The notes beneath the pieces were generated by a model. That model searched no databases. It saw only the letters and a program-made list of their open reading frames with translations, and had not been told where the DNA came from. Positions 50,405 through 58,952 of a DNA stretch of 63,698 nt are shown in pieces. Position 1 is the first letter of the stretch; each line of letters starts with the position of its first letter. Location: NCBI GenBank assembly GCA_020353155.1, contig CP070689.1, positions 1,765,503 to 1,829,200 on the forward strand, written 5' to 3'. Source of the DNA: Deltaproteobacteria bacterium. GTDB taxonomy: Bacteria > Desulfobacterota > Syntrophobacteria > BM002. A program made the position numbers and the translations under genes.

Positions 50405-50405
50405 A

Positions 50406-52085
50406 TTACACAAATTCCTTTGGTCGATACTCGCCCCAAATATTCCGCCACACATCGCATATTTCACCAACGGTTGCCCTGGCCTTAACCGCTTCAATCA
50501 CTGCAGGCATGACATTCTCATCCGTTCTTGAGACTTCATCCAGCCTACCCAGCGCCGCTTTCCAGACCTTTTGATCTCTTTCGGCCCGAAGCTTCTTCAA
50601 CTTCTTCGTCTCTATTTCTTGTTGCTTGGGATCCACCCTGAGCAGGTTTGTTGGTGGCGGCTCTTCCATGGTATACTTGTTGATCCCCACGTAGATCCGC
50701 TCATTGGCCTCGATCTCTTTCTGGAAACGATAGGCACTATCCTGGATTTCTCTCTGAATGTAGCCTTCTTCTATGGCTTTCAGGGTGCCTCCCATAGAGT
50801 CAATCTTTTTCATGTACTCATCGATTTTTTCCTCGATCTGGTCAGTCATGGCCTCGACGTAGTAAGAACCCGCCAGCGGGTCAATGCTGTCCGCTGCCCC
50901 ACTTTCCTCGGCAACAATCTGCTGGGTTCTCAGAGCCACAGTTACCGCTTCCTCAGTGGGCAAACATAAGGCCTCATCAAACGAGTTGGTGTGCAATGAT
51001 TGAGCACCACCGTAAGCCGTTGCCAGGGTCTGCAAGGCAACCCTGACAATATTGTTCAGTGGCTGTTGGGCAGTGAGGGTTACACCCCCGGTCTGCACGT
51101 GATAGCGCATCATCATCGACCTTGGGTTTTTAGCGCCAAATCGCTCCTTCATAACCTTTGCCCAGTAGCGTCTGCCGGCTCTGAACTTGGCCACCTCTTC
51201 CAGCACATTGGTAAAAGCATTATAGAAAAAGGATAGCCGCGGTCCAAAGGAGTCGACATCCATCGCCGCATCGATGCAGGCTTGCACATAGGAAATTCCG
51301 TTTGCGATGGTAAAGGCCATCTCCTGGGCCGCGGTGGAGCCAGCCTCGCGAATGTGATAACCACTGATGCTTATGGTGTTCCAGGTGGGAACATGCTCAT
51401 AGCAGTATTTTATTAGATCCACAGTGAGACGCATGGATGGAAGGGGTGGATAGATGTACTGGCCTCGACAGATAATCTCCTTGAGTATGTCGTTTTGTAC
51501 AGTGCCGCCCACCTTGTTGTAAGGAAGGTTTTGTTCTTCCGCCAGAGCCAAATACATGGCCAGTAAAACAGTTGCCGGAGCATTGATAGTCATAGAGGTG
51601 GTAACCTTGTCGAGAGGAATCTGGTCGAAAAGAACTCGCATGTCATCAATGGAATCTATGGCAACTCCCACTTTGCCCACTTCGCCCATGGAGAGGGGAT
51701 GGTCGGAGTCGTAGCCTGACTGAGTTGGCAGGTCGAAGGCTACACTAAGGCCCGTCTGACCTTGTTTCAATAGATACCTATAGCGTTCATTGGTCTCACG
51801 AGCGGTGCCAAATCCAGCATACTGACGCATAGTCCACAAGCGGCCCCTGTACATTGTGGGCTGTACTCCCCGGGTAAAAGGATATTCGCCGGGAAACCCC
51901 AACTTATTGTCGTAATCAAAGCCGGCAATATCAACCGGGGTGTAGAGACGCTCAACCTCCTCACCTGAAATAGTGGTAAATGTGGGCCTTCTTTCCGGGA
52001 ACTTGGCACAAACTTTTTCTACTGGGCCGCAGTCCCACTCTTCCTTTTTTGTTTTGACAGACTCTAGCTTTTCCTTGTCAAACAT
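50406..52085 (-). CDS. methylmalonyl-CoA mutase, large (catalytic TIM-barrel) subunit
   Basis: ATG at 52085 follows GAGGAGGAA. FPGEYPFTRG, WTMRQYAGFG, GLSVAFDLPT and RTQQI motifs. Confidence 0.95.
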   Translation of the reverse strand: MFDKEKLESVKTKKEEWDCGPVEKVCAKFPERRPTFTTISGEEVERLYTPVDIAGFDYDNKLGFPGEYPFTRGVQPTMYRGRLWTMRQYAGFGTARETNERYRYLLKQGQTGLSVAFDLPTQSGYDSDHPLSMGEVGKVGVAIDSIDDMRVLFDQIPLDKVTTSMTINAPATVLLAMYLALAEEQNLPYNKVGGTVQNDILKEIICRGQYIYPPLPSMRLTVDLIKYCYEHVPTWNTISISGYHIREAGSTAAQEMAFTIANGISYVQACIDAAMDVDSFGPRLSFFYNAFTNVLEEVAKFRAGRRYWAKVMKERFGAKNPRSMMMRYHVQTGGVTLTAQQPLNNIVRVALQTLATAYGGAQSLHTNSFDEALCLPTEEAVTVALRTQQIVAEESGAADSIDPLAGSYYVEAMTDQIEEKIDEYMKKIDSMGGTLKAIEEGYIQREIQDSAYRFQKEIEANERIYVGINKYTMEEPPPTNLLRVDPKQQEIETKKLKKLRAERDQKVWKAALGRLDEVSRTDENVMPAVIEAVKARATVGEICDVWRNIWGEYRPKEFV

Positions 52086-52142
52086 GATTCCTCCTCTCTG
52101 AATCATCGTGCTGGCTCAGCAAAACGTGTATTCTTATCAAAT

Positions 52143-52195
52143 CGTCAGTATCAGTTCAACAACATATAACGCAGAATCCAGTATCCAGTATCGAG
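52143..52195. repeat. word array (CAGTATC/CAGAATC)
   Basis: CGTCAGTATCAGTTCAAC ... CAGAATCCAGTATCCAGTATCGAG. Confidence 0.5.
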
Positions 52196-52196
52196 A

Positions 52197-53252
52197 TTAA
52201 ACTTTAAAGCGAAAAAAGATAACATCACCGTCCTGGACGATATAGTCTTTTCCTTCCAAGCGCACAAGTCCCTGCTTTTGCGCTCCAGCATAGTTGCCGG
52301 CCTTAAATAGGTCATCATAGGCGACCACCTCGGCTCGAATGAAACCGCGCTCCATGTCTGTATGCACAGTGCCAGCTGCTCTTAAGGCAGGGCTACCCTC
52401 TTTTATGGTCCAGGCCCGTGCTTCCTGTTCATTTGCGGTGAAGAAGGTAATCAGGCCGAGAAGTCTGGAGGATGCCTGAATGACCTGCTCCCTGGCGAGC
52501 GTTTCGAGTCCAAGCTCCTCCATAAATTCACCGGCCTCTTCAGGAGAGAGTTGCGCCAGTTCCATCTCCAGTTTGCCTAATATTTCCAGGTAGGGACCCA
52601 TGGTGCCATCAGTGATCTCTTTTGGAAGGGATTGCGCATCTTCCTCCGGTTGATTAACCAGTATCAGCATGGGTTTGGCTGAGAGGAAACTAAACCCCCG
52701 CATAGTGGCCACATCTAGTATGTCCGCCAGGGGACGAAGAGCATTGCTGGACTCGAGGGTTTCCAAGCATTGTTCCAACAGGCGCACTTCTTCCGTACTT
52801 TCCTTCTTACCCTTCTTTCTTTCAGTAGCAATGCGTTCAAGTCGTTTCTCCACAACCAGCAGGTCGGCCAGAATTAGGTCCGTTTCTACCCGCGATATGT
52901 CACCCAGAGGATCTGGAGCACCGTGCAAAGGGTGCTTGAAGTTGCGGACAACATGCACCAGTGCATCCACCGGTCTTATGTGATTAAGAAAAGCCTCTCC
53001 CAATTCCTCACCTCTTAGCGGGGCGCCGGTCAAACCACCCACGTCCACATAGTCCACCGTAGCTTCCGTGACTTTCTTCGGATTGTAAAGCTTTGCAAGA
53101 AATGGTAGTCGAGGCTCCGGCACCTTTACCACCGCCAGATTGGGGCCCCGATCAACCGAGGAAAAATCTGAAACCTGCGCAGAACTACTGGTGAGAGCAT
53201 TAAAAACTGTAGTCTTCCCGCAGCCTGGAAGTCCGATAATGCCCAGTCGCAT
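52197..53252 (-). CDS. ychF: YchF/OLA1-family redox-regulated ATPase
   Basis: N-terminal G1 motif GIIGLPGCGKTT. The C-terminal pattern (RAWTIKEGSPALRAAGTVHTDMERGFIRAEVV ... GKDYIVQDGDVIFFRF) is typical of YchF. Confidence 0.85.
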   Translation of the reverse strand: MRLGIIGLPGCGKTTVFNALTSSSAQVSDFSSVDRGPNLAVVKVPEPRLPFLAKLYNPKKVTEATVDYVDVGGLTGAPLRGEELGEAFLNHIRPVDALVHVVRNFKHPLHGAPDPLGDISRVETDLILADLLVVEKRLERIATERKKGKKESTEEVRLLEQCLETLESSNALRPLADILDVATMRGFSFLSAKPMLILVNQPEEDAQSLPKEITDGTMGPYLEILGKLEMELAQLSPEEAGEFMEELGLETLAREQVIQASSRLLGLITFFTANEQEARAWTIKEGSPALRAAGTVHTDMERGFIRAEVVAYDDLFKAGNYAGAQKQGLVRLEGKDYIVQDGDVIFFRFKV

Positions 53253-53473
53253 AGCCTGATCCTTTAAACATCGATTGATGTACTATTTCGAAATCAAAAA
53301 TGGGGATTGCAGATTTGGGTCACATATCATTAAAAAGCAGATTGTAGAAATTTTCATTAGAAATTTCCGGAGCGGGAGCCCGCATGACGAGCACCGAAAA
53401 CCTTTACTGACCCTCTTCTTTTGTGCTAAGGACTTTACAACAGTGGTGCATGGGTGTCAATGAAATCACGGTA

Positions 53474-53636
53474 CAGGCATAGGGCATGGAGCATAGAGCA
53501 TAGAGTAAGAATTCAGAATTCAGAACCCGGAATCCACAATTTAGGAGAGAAACAATCAAAGCAGAGTTTGTAAACTACTGGCTACTGACTACTGGCTACT
53601 AGACTTTTGCCTTTGGCCTTGAGCCCTAAGCCTTCA
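53474..53636. repeat. composite word-array element (GGCATAG / TTCAGAA ... CTACTGG / CCTTGAG)
   Basis: CAGGCATAGGGCATGGAGCATAGAGCATAGAG-TAAG-AATTCAGAATTCAGAAC ... ACTACTGGCTACTGACTACTGGCTACTAG ... GCCTTTGGCCTTGAGCCCTAAGCC. Confidence 0.7.
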
Positions 53637-53710
53637 ACGTTCTACGGTATGCCCATCTTTTAGCAATGGACAACTGATCCGCTTCAGACGGAGCAACGGA
53701 GCTAAATGAA

Positions 53711-54070
53711 ATGACCCTACAAGAGATGGTAGATGCCATCAAGAAACGTCCGGACTTTGGCGAGGTAGGTATGGTTGCCTGTCACAACGGTGTGGTCAGG
53801 GCCACGTCCAGGGATGGTCGCAATGTCAAGGGATTAGAGATTAAGGCAGATCGAGATCGTCTCGAGACGATTCTCCGAGAAATGAATGGCCGCAAGGGAA
53901 TAATCCAAGTGGCGGTCCATTTGATCGAGGGCTATCGGAAAGTTGGTGAAGATGTGATGTTTATCGCTGTAGCCGGGGATATTCGGGAGCACGTCTTTCC
54001 AGTACTGGAAGAGACGCTGGAGAGGATCAAGAAAGAGGTTACGCGAAAAAAGGAGTTCTTCACAGAATAG
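53711..54070 (+). CDS. MoaE-like (molybdopterin synthase catalytic subunit family) protein, short form
   Basis: GMVACHNGVVR ... VAVHLIEGYRKVGEDVMFIAVAGDIREHVF ... IKKEVTRKKEFF follows the MoaE pattern (F.G.VR ... HR.G.l.vGe..v.v.v ... lK...PiWKKE). Confidence 0.5.
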   Translation: MTLQEMVDAIKKRPDFGEVGMVACHNGVVRATSRDGRNVKGLEIKADRDRLETILREMNGRKGIIQVAVHLIEGYRKVGEDVMFIAVAGDIREHVFPVLEETLERIKKEVTRKKEFFTE

Positions 54071-54134
54071 TGGTTTCAGTGTTCAGTTGTCAGGCTTTAC
54101 CCTCTATTTTGCTCTTTTCTGAAACCTGAAACCC
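54071..54134. repeat. TTTCAGG-family hairpin element (minus orientation)
   Basis: TGGTTTCAGTGTTCAGTTGTCAGG-CTTTACCCTCTATTTTGCTCTTTT-CTGAAACCTGAAACCC. Confidence 0.7.
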
Positions 54135-54151
54135 AAACTAAGATTCTCCTA

Positions 54152-54913
54152 TTATTTGCTTTTGATGTTGTCTATCAGATCCAAAATATTCCCACCTAAG
54201 ACCTTATCTAGATCAGCCTCTGGCAGACTCAGAGCCTCAACCTTGCGCAGCTCATGTCCTGGATGACCAAAGGGGAAATCACTGCCGAACAACAGCCTTT
54301 CAGGCCCGTAATTCTGAACAAAGTGGCGCATGTGGTCGATGGGCGCTAAGGCGGTGTCCGCATAGGTGTTTGAGCGCTGCCAGATTCCTGCCCTCTCCAG
54401 GGCGGAGTAGGTGCCGTTTAGGGCTCCGAGGTGGGGTATGATAATCACAGCTTCGGGTGCAAGACTTTCAACAAATCTGCATGTATTGGTAAAACTCTCC
54501 TCCAGAACAATTGGCAGCCGACGCTCGGTTATTTCCTGAATTATCTGTCCACAGCGGAGGTCTTCATAGTGATAGACAGGCTCGTTATCGTGACGATGCC
54601 ATTTGATCCCGCAATATTCCTGCTGGAGTTCTTCAATGGCGAAGTCATTCCAAACAAAGAGATATGGAAAAATCGACTCGGTTCGAGTTGCCAGATCAAG
54701 TAAATAATGATTGGCATGCCGCCTGGTCTGGATCCATTCCTCATTGTCTTGAAAATTAAAATTGTATCGATCGTAGATGTCTTCTACCGGTGCGTACAGG
54801 CAAGCCCCATCAATGCCGGCATCTTGGAGGAGGGGAGAGATTATTTCATAAGGTAGGTCGACGTTCTGAATGCCACAATGAATATGACTGTCGATTATCT
54901 GCATTTTCGCCAC
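54152..54913 (-). CDS. amidohydrolase-family (TIM-barrel metal-dependent hydrolase) protein
   Basis: IIDSHIHCG at the N-terminus, later IIIPHLG, and GSDFPFGHP near the C-terminus. GTG start at 54913 or ATG at 54904. Confidence 0.7.
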   Translation of the reverse strand: MAKMQIIDSHIHCGIQNVDLPYEIISPLLQDAGIDGACLYAPVEDIYDRYNFNFQDNEEWIQTRRHANHYLLDLATRTESIFPYLFVWNDFAIEELQQEYCGIKWHRHDNEPVYHYEDLRCGQIIQEITERRLPIVLEESFTNTCRFVESLAPEAVIIIPHLGALNGTYSALERAGIWQRSNTYADTALAPIDHMRHFVQNYGPERLLFGSDFPFGHPGHELRKVEALSLPEADLDKVLGGNILDLIDNIKSK

Positions 54914-54968
54914 AGTACCTCCTCACCATTTGTCTTTGCTAGCCATAGGGCGAAATACCAAATCAAAG

Positions 54969-55100
54969 AATCCAGTAGCCAGTAGCATATACTTGAGAGG
55001 GAATCACTCTGGGTTGTCTTTCTCCTGAATTCTGACTTCTGACCCCATGCCCTATGCACTCACAAATCCGCAATCCCCATTCCGCAATCCGAAATCTCCC
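54969..55100. repeat. composite word arrays (CCAGTAG; reverse TCAGAAT and GGCATAG words; AATCCGC words)
   Basis: GAATCCAGTAGCCAGTAGC ... CTCCTGAATTCTGACTTCTGACCCCATGCCCTATGCAC ... CAAATCCGCAATCCCCATTCCGCAATCCGAAATCTCCC. Confidence 0.6.
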
Positions 55101-55104
55101 ATAC

Positions 55105-55593
55105 CTACTCGACCACAACGACGGCACACCCTCGTGCCTCCCTGACCACTTTTGTAGAGACGCTCCCAGAGAAAACCTCGCGGACACGGGAGACTCCGCG
55201 TCTTCCCAAAATCAGAGTGTCGTAATTGCCAAGTTCAGCTTCCTCAAGAATTCCGTCGGCAATCTCTGCCTTTTTTACCCCGAACTTGGACTTGATCTGA
55301 TTAGGTTGAACACCCGCCTTAACAAGCAGATCTTTGGCTTCGCCAAAGAACTTATTCATCTCCTCCTCATCCTCCGCTCGCCAATAGAGACCAGCCAAGT
55401 CGGGACGCTCCGCCTTGCGGGAATCAATTGTTTTAATTTCCTCTTTGTCGAGATTCATACGGGAAATTGCCGGGAGAATCTGAAAGAGCACCAGTCGAGC
55501 TTCTGGATTTGGTGCGAATACTCTCCCCGCGTATTCAACCGCTCGCCGTGAATTTCGACTGCCATCTACGGCAATTAGTACGCTATGAAGCAT
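55105..55593 (-). CDS. universal stress protein (UspA family)
   Basis: VLIAVDGSRNSRRAVEYA ... LILGRRGVSRVREVFSGSVSTKVV. Confidence 0.85.
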   Translation of the reverse strand: MLHSVLIAVDGSRNSRRAVEYAGRVFAPNPEARLVLFQILPAISRMNLDKEEIKTIDSRKAERPDLAGLYWRAEDEEEMNKFFGEAKDLLVKAGVQPNQIKSKFGVKKAEIADGILEEAELGNYDTLILGRRGVSRVREVFSGSVSTKVVREARGCAVVVVE

Positions 55594-55673
55594 GAGGCTA
55601 ATCCTCCAATTCGAAATTTGAAATCTCCGACCACTAATCCATTACTCCAAGACCTCTTGGTTTTCGTCAAAGG

Positions 55674-56510
55674 CTACAAGCTGCTAAAGAACCTTTCAAT
55701 TTTTTTGAAGTAATCCTTACCTCCGACAAAATACGTATCATTATGTCCTGCGCCTGGTAAAACTACAAATTCTTTAGGATTTGGCGCTGCCTCGAAGAGC
55801 TTACGACCAAGTTCAATAGGTACTATTCTATCTTTGTCACCGTGGAAGAAGAGTTTGGGTATCCGCACCTCGATAATCTGATCTACAGCATTCAAGCGAT
55901 GCTTGAGCAAGCTCTCAGCGAAAGGAAGAGGGTAGTGGGCCCTGGCCATGGCTCCCATGTTGGTAAAGGTCGACTCCAAAATGAGACCATCGCAGTGTTT
56001 GGTAGCACCCAAATGAGTAGCCGCAATGCCTCCCAGGGATCTGCCAAAAACAACAAGTTTGGCCCCATTCTGTTCAGCCCATTTTCTGGCCACCTCGTAG
56101 GCTGCCTCTGAATCAAGATAAAAACCCTTCTCATTGATGCGGCCTTGACTGCGCCCGTAACCGCGATAATCAAAGATAAATACGCTGATACCCCTGTTAT
56201 GAAGTAAGCGCACATTGTCAAGGCGGTGTGAAATATTTCCGGCGTTGCCGTGGCAGAAGAGGAGGAGGTAATCGGGAGAAGATGCTGGGATCAACCAGCC
56301 GTGCAAGCGGACGGCGTCACTGCTAGTAAACCAGATATCCTCAAATGGGAGATTCAAGTCAAGCGGCGTCTGTTCTATGGCAGTGTCTGTAAAAAAGACC
56401 TGGCTTTCGACGAACCAATTCCAGCAACCGCTAAGAAAACCCAAGAGAAGTACCCCCAGCAGCAGAGCCCCGATTCTCAGGACCCTGAGTATAACCTTCT
56501 TAATGGCCAT
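55674..56510 (-). CDS. alpha/beta hydrolase
   Basis: N-terminal TM segment. HGNAGN, GRSLGG nucleophile elbow, D in HGDKDRIVP, and GAGHND. Confidence 0.8.
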   Translation of the reverse strand: MAIKKVILRVLRIGALLLGVLLLGFLSGCWNWFVESQVFFTDTAIEQTPLDLNLPFEDIWFTSSDAVRLHGWLIPASSPDYLLLFCHGNAGNISHRLDNVRLLHNRGISVFIFDYRGYGRSQGRINEKGFYLDSEAAYEVARKWAEQNGAKLVVFGRSLGGIAATHLGATKHCDGLILESTFTNMGAMARAHYPLPFAESLLKHRLNAVDQIIEVRIPKLFFHGDKDRIVPIELGRKLFEAAPNPKEFVVLPGAGHNDTYFVGGKDYFKKIERFFSSL

Positions 56511-56527
56511 ATCACCCCATATGTCAA

Positions 56528-56617
56528 CTAGGCACTAAGAACTAGGCACTAAGCACTACAACCCTCTTGCATTTGGCGCCTAGTGCTTACTGCCTAGTGC
56601 GGAGACACAGTCTCCGC
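56528..56617. repeat. TAGGCAC-word hairpin plus 7-bp hairpin GCGGAGA-CACAG-TCTCCGC
   Basis: CTAGGCACTAAGAACTAGGCACTAAGCACTAC versus GCGCCTAGTGCTTACTGCCTAGTGC (16/18 complementary in the core). Confidence 0.7.
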
Positions 56618-57028
56618 TCATATCTCCTTAAAAACCTTGGCCAGTGACTCGCCTGCCACATGGAGTTTCCATTCGTTGAGGTAGCCAAAGGGTGTTACCG
56701 TAACGGAGTATCCTGCTCTCTCCAGGCGAGCGCGAGCCTCCTGAACCAATTCCTCAGCAAAGTCAGCAGGGGCTTTGCTGTTTGAAAGATGATTGAAAGA
56801 ATGTAAGACTACATTTTTAGAGTCAAATTTTCCAGCGAGCCATTTGATGTTTTTAACAAACTTGGTTGTTACCTTTCCCCGCCTGTCAAAATCTTCTGCC
56901 TCAATGTGGTAGAAGACTACCACAGCTTCTTCACAGTTGGCCTCCAACTCCTGGTCCTCCACTTGTTCAAGCACCTTTTGATAGGTTTTGAACCAGAAAG
57001 AGGGAGCGTAGAAAAGAAGAAGTTTCAT
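56618..57028 (-). CDS. free-standing archaeal-type threonyl-tRNA synthetase editing domain (DTD2-like) homolog
   Basis: 136 aa. MKLLLFYA..., VVVFYHIE, NVVLHSFNHLSNSKAPADFA and GYSVTVTPFGYLNEWKLHVAGESLAKVF parallel the archaeal ThrRS N-terminal editing domain (LLIHAD..., [32 protein letters not shown]), as recalled. Confidence 0.55.
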   Translation of the reverse strand: MKLLLFYAPSFWFKTYQKVLEQVEDQELEANCEEAVVVFYHIEAEDFDRRGKVTTKFVKNIKWLAGKFDSKNVVLHSFNHLSNSKAPADFAEELVQEARARLERAGYSVTVTPFGYLNEWKLHVAGESLAKVFKEI

Positions 57029-57098
57029 TTTGACAGCCCTTGAGAATACACTAATTCAAAATCATACAACGGCTGCAAGGCGAGGGTCAACAAAGAGT

Positions 57099-57214
57099 GG
57101 AGATTTCGGATTGAGTATTGCGGATTTCAGTATGTAGGTTTCAGCTTTCAGGTGTCAGAGAAAATCAAATAACGGGTAAAATCTGAAAGCTGAAATTTAA
57201 AGCCCCAGATTCGG
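57099..57214. repeat. AATCCGC-word (reverse) array plus TTTCAGG-family hairpin, copy upstream of PilZ 57394
   Basis: GGAGATTTCGGATTGAGTATTGCGGATTTC ... GGTTTCAGCTTTCAGGTGTCAG-AGAAAATCAAATAACGGGTAAAAT-CTGAAAGCTGAAA. Confidence 0.7.
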
Positions 57215-57325
57215 ATGAAGTCTTTTTCCTATTTGTGGAATATATTACTCCTTTCACCCTGGCTTATTTTTTCTCCTCTCGACTTAACTACCTGAAATAT
57301 ATTTAAATACCCGTGTAGATAATTC

Positions 57326-57341
57326 TGGCATAACCTTTGCT
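57326..57341 (+). promoter_or_regulatory. sigma-54-type promoter (TGGCATA-N4-TTGCT)
   Basis: Lies 53 nt upstream of the PilZ ATG at 57394. Confidence 0.65.
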
Positions 57342-57393
57342 CTAACTGTTTTTTCTCTATTCACACTTTCTTGTCACAAGAAAGGATCAATAG

Positions 57394-57771
57394 ATGTCTA
57401 ACCATGAAGAAAGACGGAATTACCCCAGGGCTAAGATCAAGTTGCCGGTTGTAAAGATGGCTGGAGACGACCTTGTAAACGCCGAAATTCAAGATCTTAG
57501 TCTCGGAGGCGCATTCATTCGCTGCCCAGTAATGGTGAGGACCAAAGACAAGTTCCATATGGTTATAAGCGCCAAGGGAAGGCTGGTGTCAATCATTGGC
57601 GAGGTGGTGTGGCAAGACCTCAACAAGATCAATCACAAGGCCAAGATGCACGGAATGGGAGTGCAGTTTAAACAAATATTTAGTGGAGACCGTCGGTTTC
57701 TTCGGGAGGCGATCGCCAATTACCACCGTAACAGGCTTTGGCTTCCAAGAATACTTAGATCCAACCGTTAA
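57394..57771 (+). CDS. PilZ domain protein
   Basis: RRNYPR and DLSLGG motifs, plus GMGVQF. Paralog of 5999, 13586 and 30899. Confidence 0.8.
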   Translation: MSNHEERRNYPRAKIKLPVVKMAGDDLVNAEIQDLSLGGAFIRCPVMVRTKDKFHMVISAKGRLVSIIGEVVWQDLNKINHKAKMHGMGVQFKQIFSGDRRFLREAIANYHRNRLWLPRILRSNR

Positions 57772-57826
57772 GCAAAGTCAGACTATCCTTCCTACCCATT
57801 TTACTTCAAAAATCTCAATAGATTGT

Positions 57827-57921
57827 GCTAGGTTAGGTTTCAGGTTTCAGGTGTCAGTAAAAAGACAAATACGGGTAAGAGCTGAAAGCTGAAACCTAAG
57901 GCCCTGAAATCCGACACCTGG
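57827..57921. repeat. TTTCAGG-family hairpin, copy downstream of PilZ 57394 (direct repeat of 57135..57200)
   Basis: GGTTTCAGGTTTCAGGTGTCAG-TAAAAAGACAAATACGGGTAAGAG-CTGAAAGCTGAAACC. Confidence 0.7.
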
Positions 57922-57933
57922 AGGGGACGGAGA

Positions 57934-58920
57934 ATGTCTATTTTAGAGGCGAGGAATGAAGTCGTTATCGGTACCGATATCGGCGGGACTAACATAAAAA
58001 TTGTCCTGGTTGATCCGCGGAAGGGGAAAGTGATTGAACGGATCAATCTCAAGACTTCCACCAAATCAGGTGCTGATTCGATAGTCACAGATCTTGGCAC
58101 AACCCTGGCCACAATGATTGACAGAGCAAAAGATGATCGTATCCAAGTTGGATTGGTGGGAGTAGGGTGTGCAGGAGTTATTGATTTACAGAAGGGATCG
58201 GTTACAGTCTCACCTAATCTTCCCGGTTGGGAGAACTTCCCCTTGCAGGAAAAGTTAAGCCGGATATTGCAGATACCAGTTCGGGTCTATAACGATGTAG
58301 ATTGCATAGGTTATGCTGAGTACAGATTGGGAGTAGGTGGTGAATTGGGTGATTTTTTATGCTTAGCCCTTGGAACCGGAGTTGGTGGATCCCTTATTGT
58401 TGGAGGTAAAGTGTGGAGCAGAGAAAGCATTTCCGCAGGCGAAGTAGGCCACATGACCGTTCAGCCTGACGGGGAACAATGCCTTTGCGGCAATAGGGGA
58501 TGTCTTGAAACTCTTGCGTCGGCAAATTGGTTGGTCCGAAGGGCTGAAGAACGGCTAAGGCTAGGATTTGCAAGCACCTTGAGAGATATTTTAGGAAGGA
58601 CAGGAGTCTTGAACTCTGAAGCTATTCAACAGGCGGCACAAGAAGGTGACGTCTTGGCTCAAGAGCTATTCAATTTAGTTGGTACTAGCCTTGCGATAGC
58701 AATCGCCAATGTGGTTCAGTTGCTTGGTATTCGAAACGTTCTTATTGCCGGGGGTCTGGCCAATGCCTGGGATCTTTTCATAGAACCCCTCCGGGAGGAA
58801 TTGGACCGGCGACTTACCCTAATTCCACCAAGTACGGTGAAATTAGTTAGAACAAAAGTGGGACACTATGCTGGCGCTTTGGGCGCAGCTTATCTTGCTG
58901 TGGGACCCGGAGAACTTTGA
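57934..58920 (+). CDS. ROK-family sugar kinase (glucokinase-like)
   Basis: IGTDIGGTNIK, GTGVGGS, GEVGHM and the zinc motif CLCGNRGCLE. Confidence 0.85.
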   Translation: MSILEARNEVVIGTDIGGTNIKIVLVDPRKGKVIERINLKTSTKSGADSIVTDLGTTLATMIDRAKDDRIQVGLVGVGCAGVIDLQKGSVTVSPNLPGWENFPLQEKLSRILQIPVRVYNDVDCIGYAEYRLGVGGELGDFLCLALGTGVGGSLIVGGKVWSRESISAGEVGHMTVQPDGEQCLCGNRGCLETLASANWLVRRAEERLRLGFASTLRDILGRTGVLNSEAIQQAAQEGDVLAQELFNLVGTSLAIAIANVVQLLGIRNVLIAGGLANAWDLFIEPLREELDRRLTLIPPSTVKLVRTKVGHYAGALGAAYLAVGPGEL

Positions 58921-58952
58921 TAATAAGGATCAACAAAGGTGGAGGCATAACC

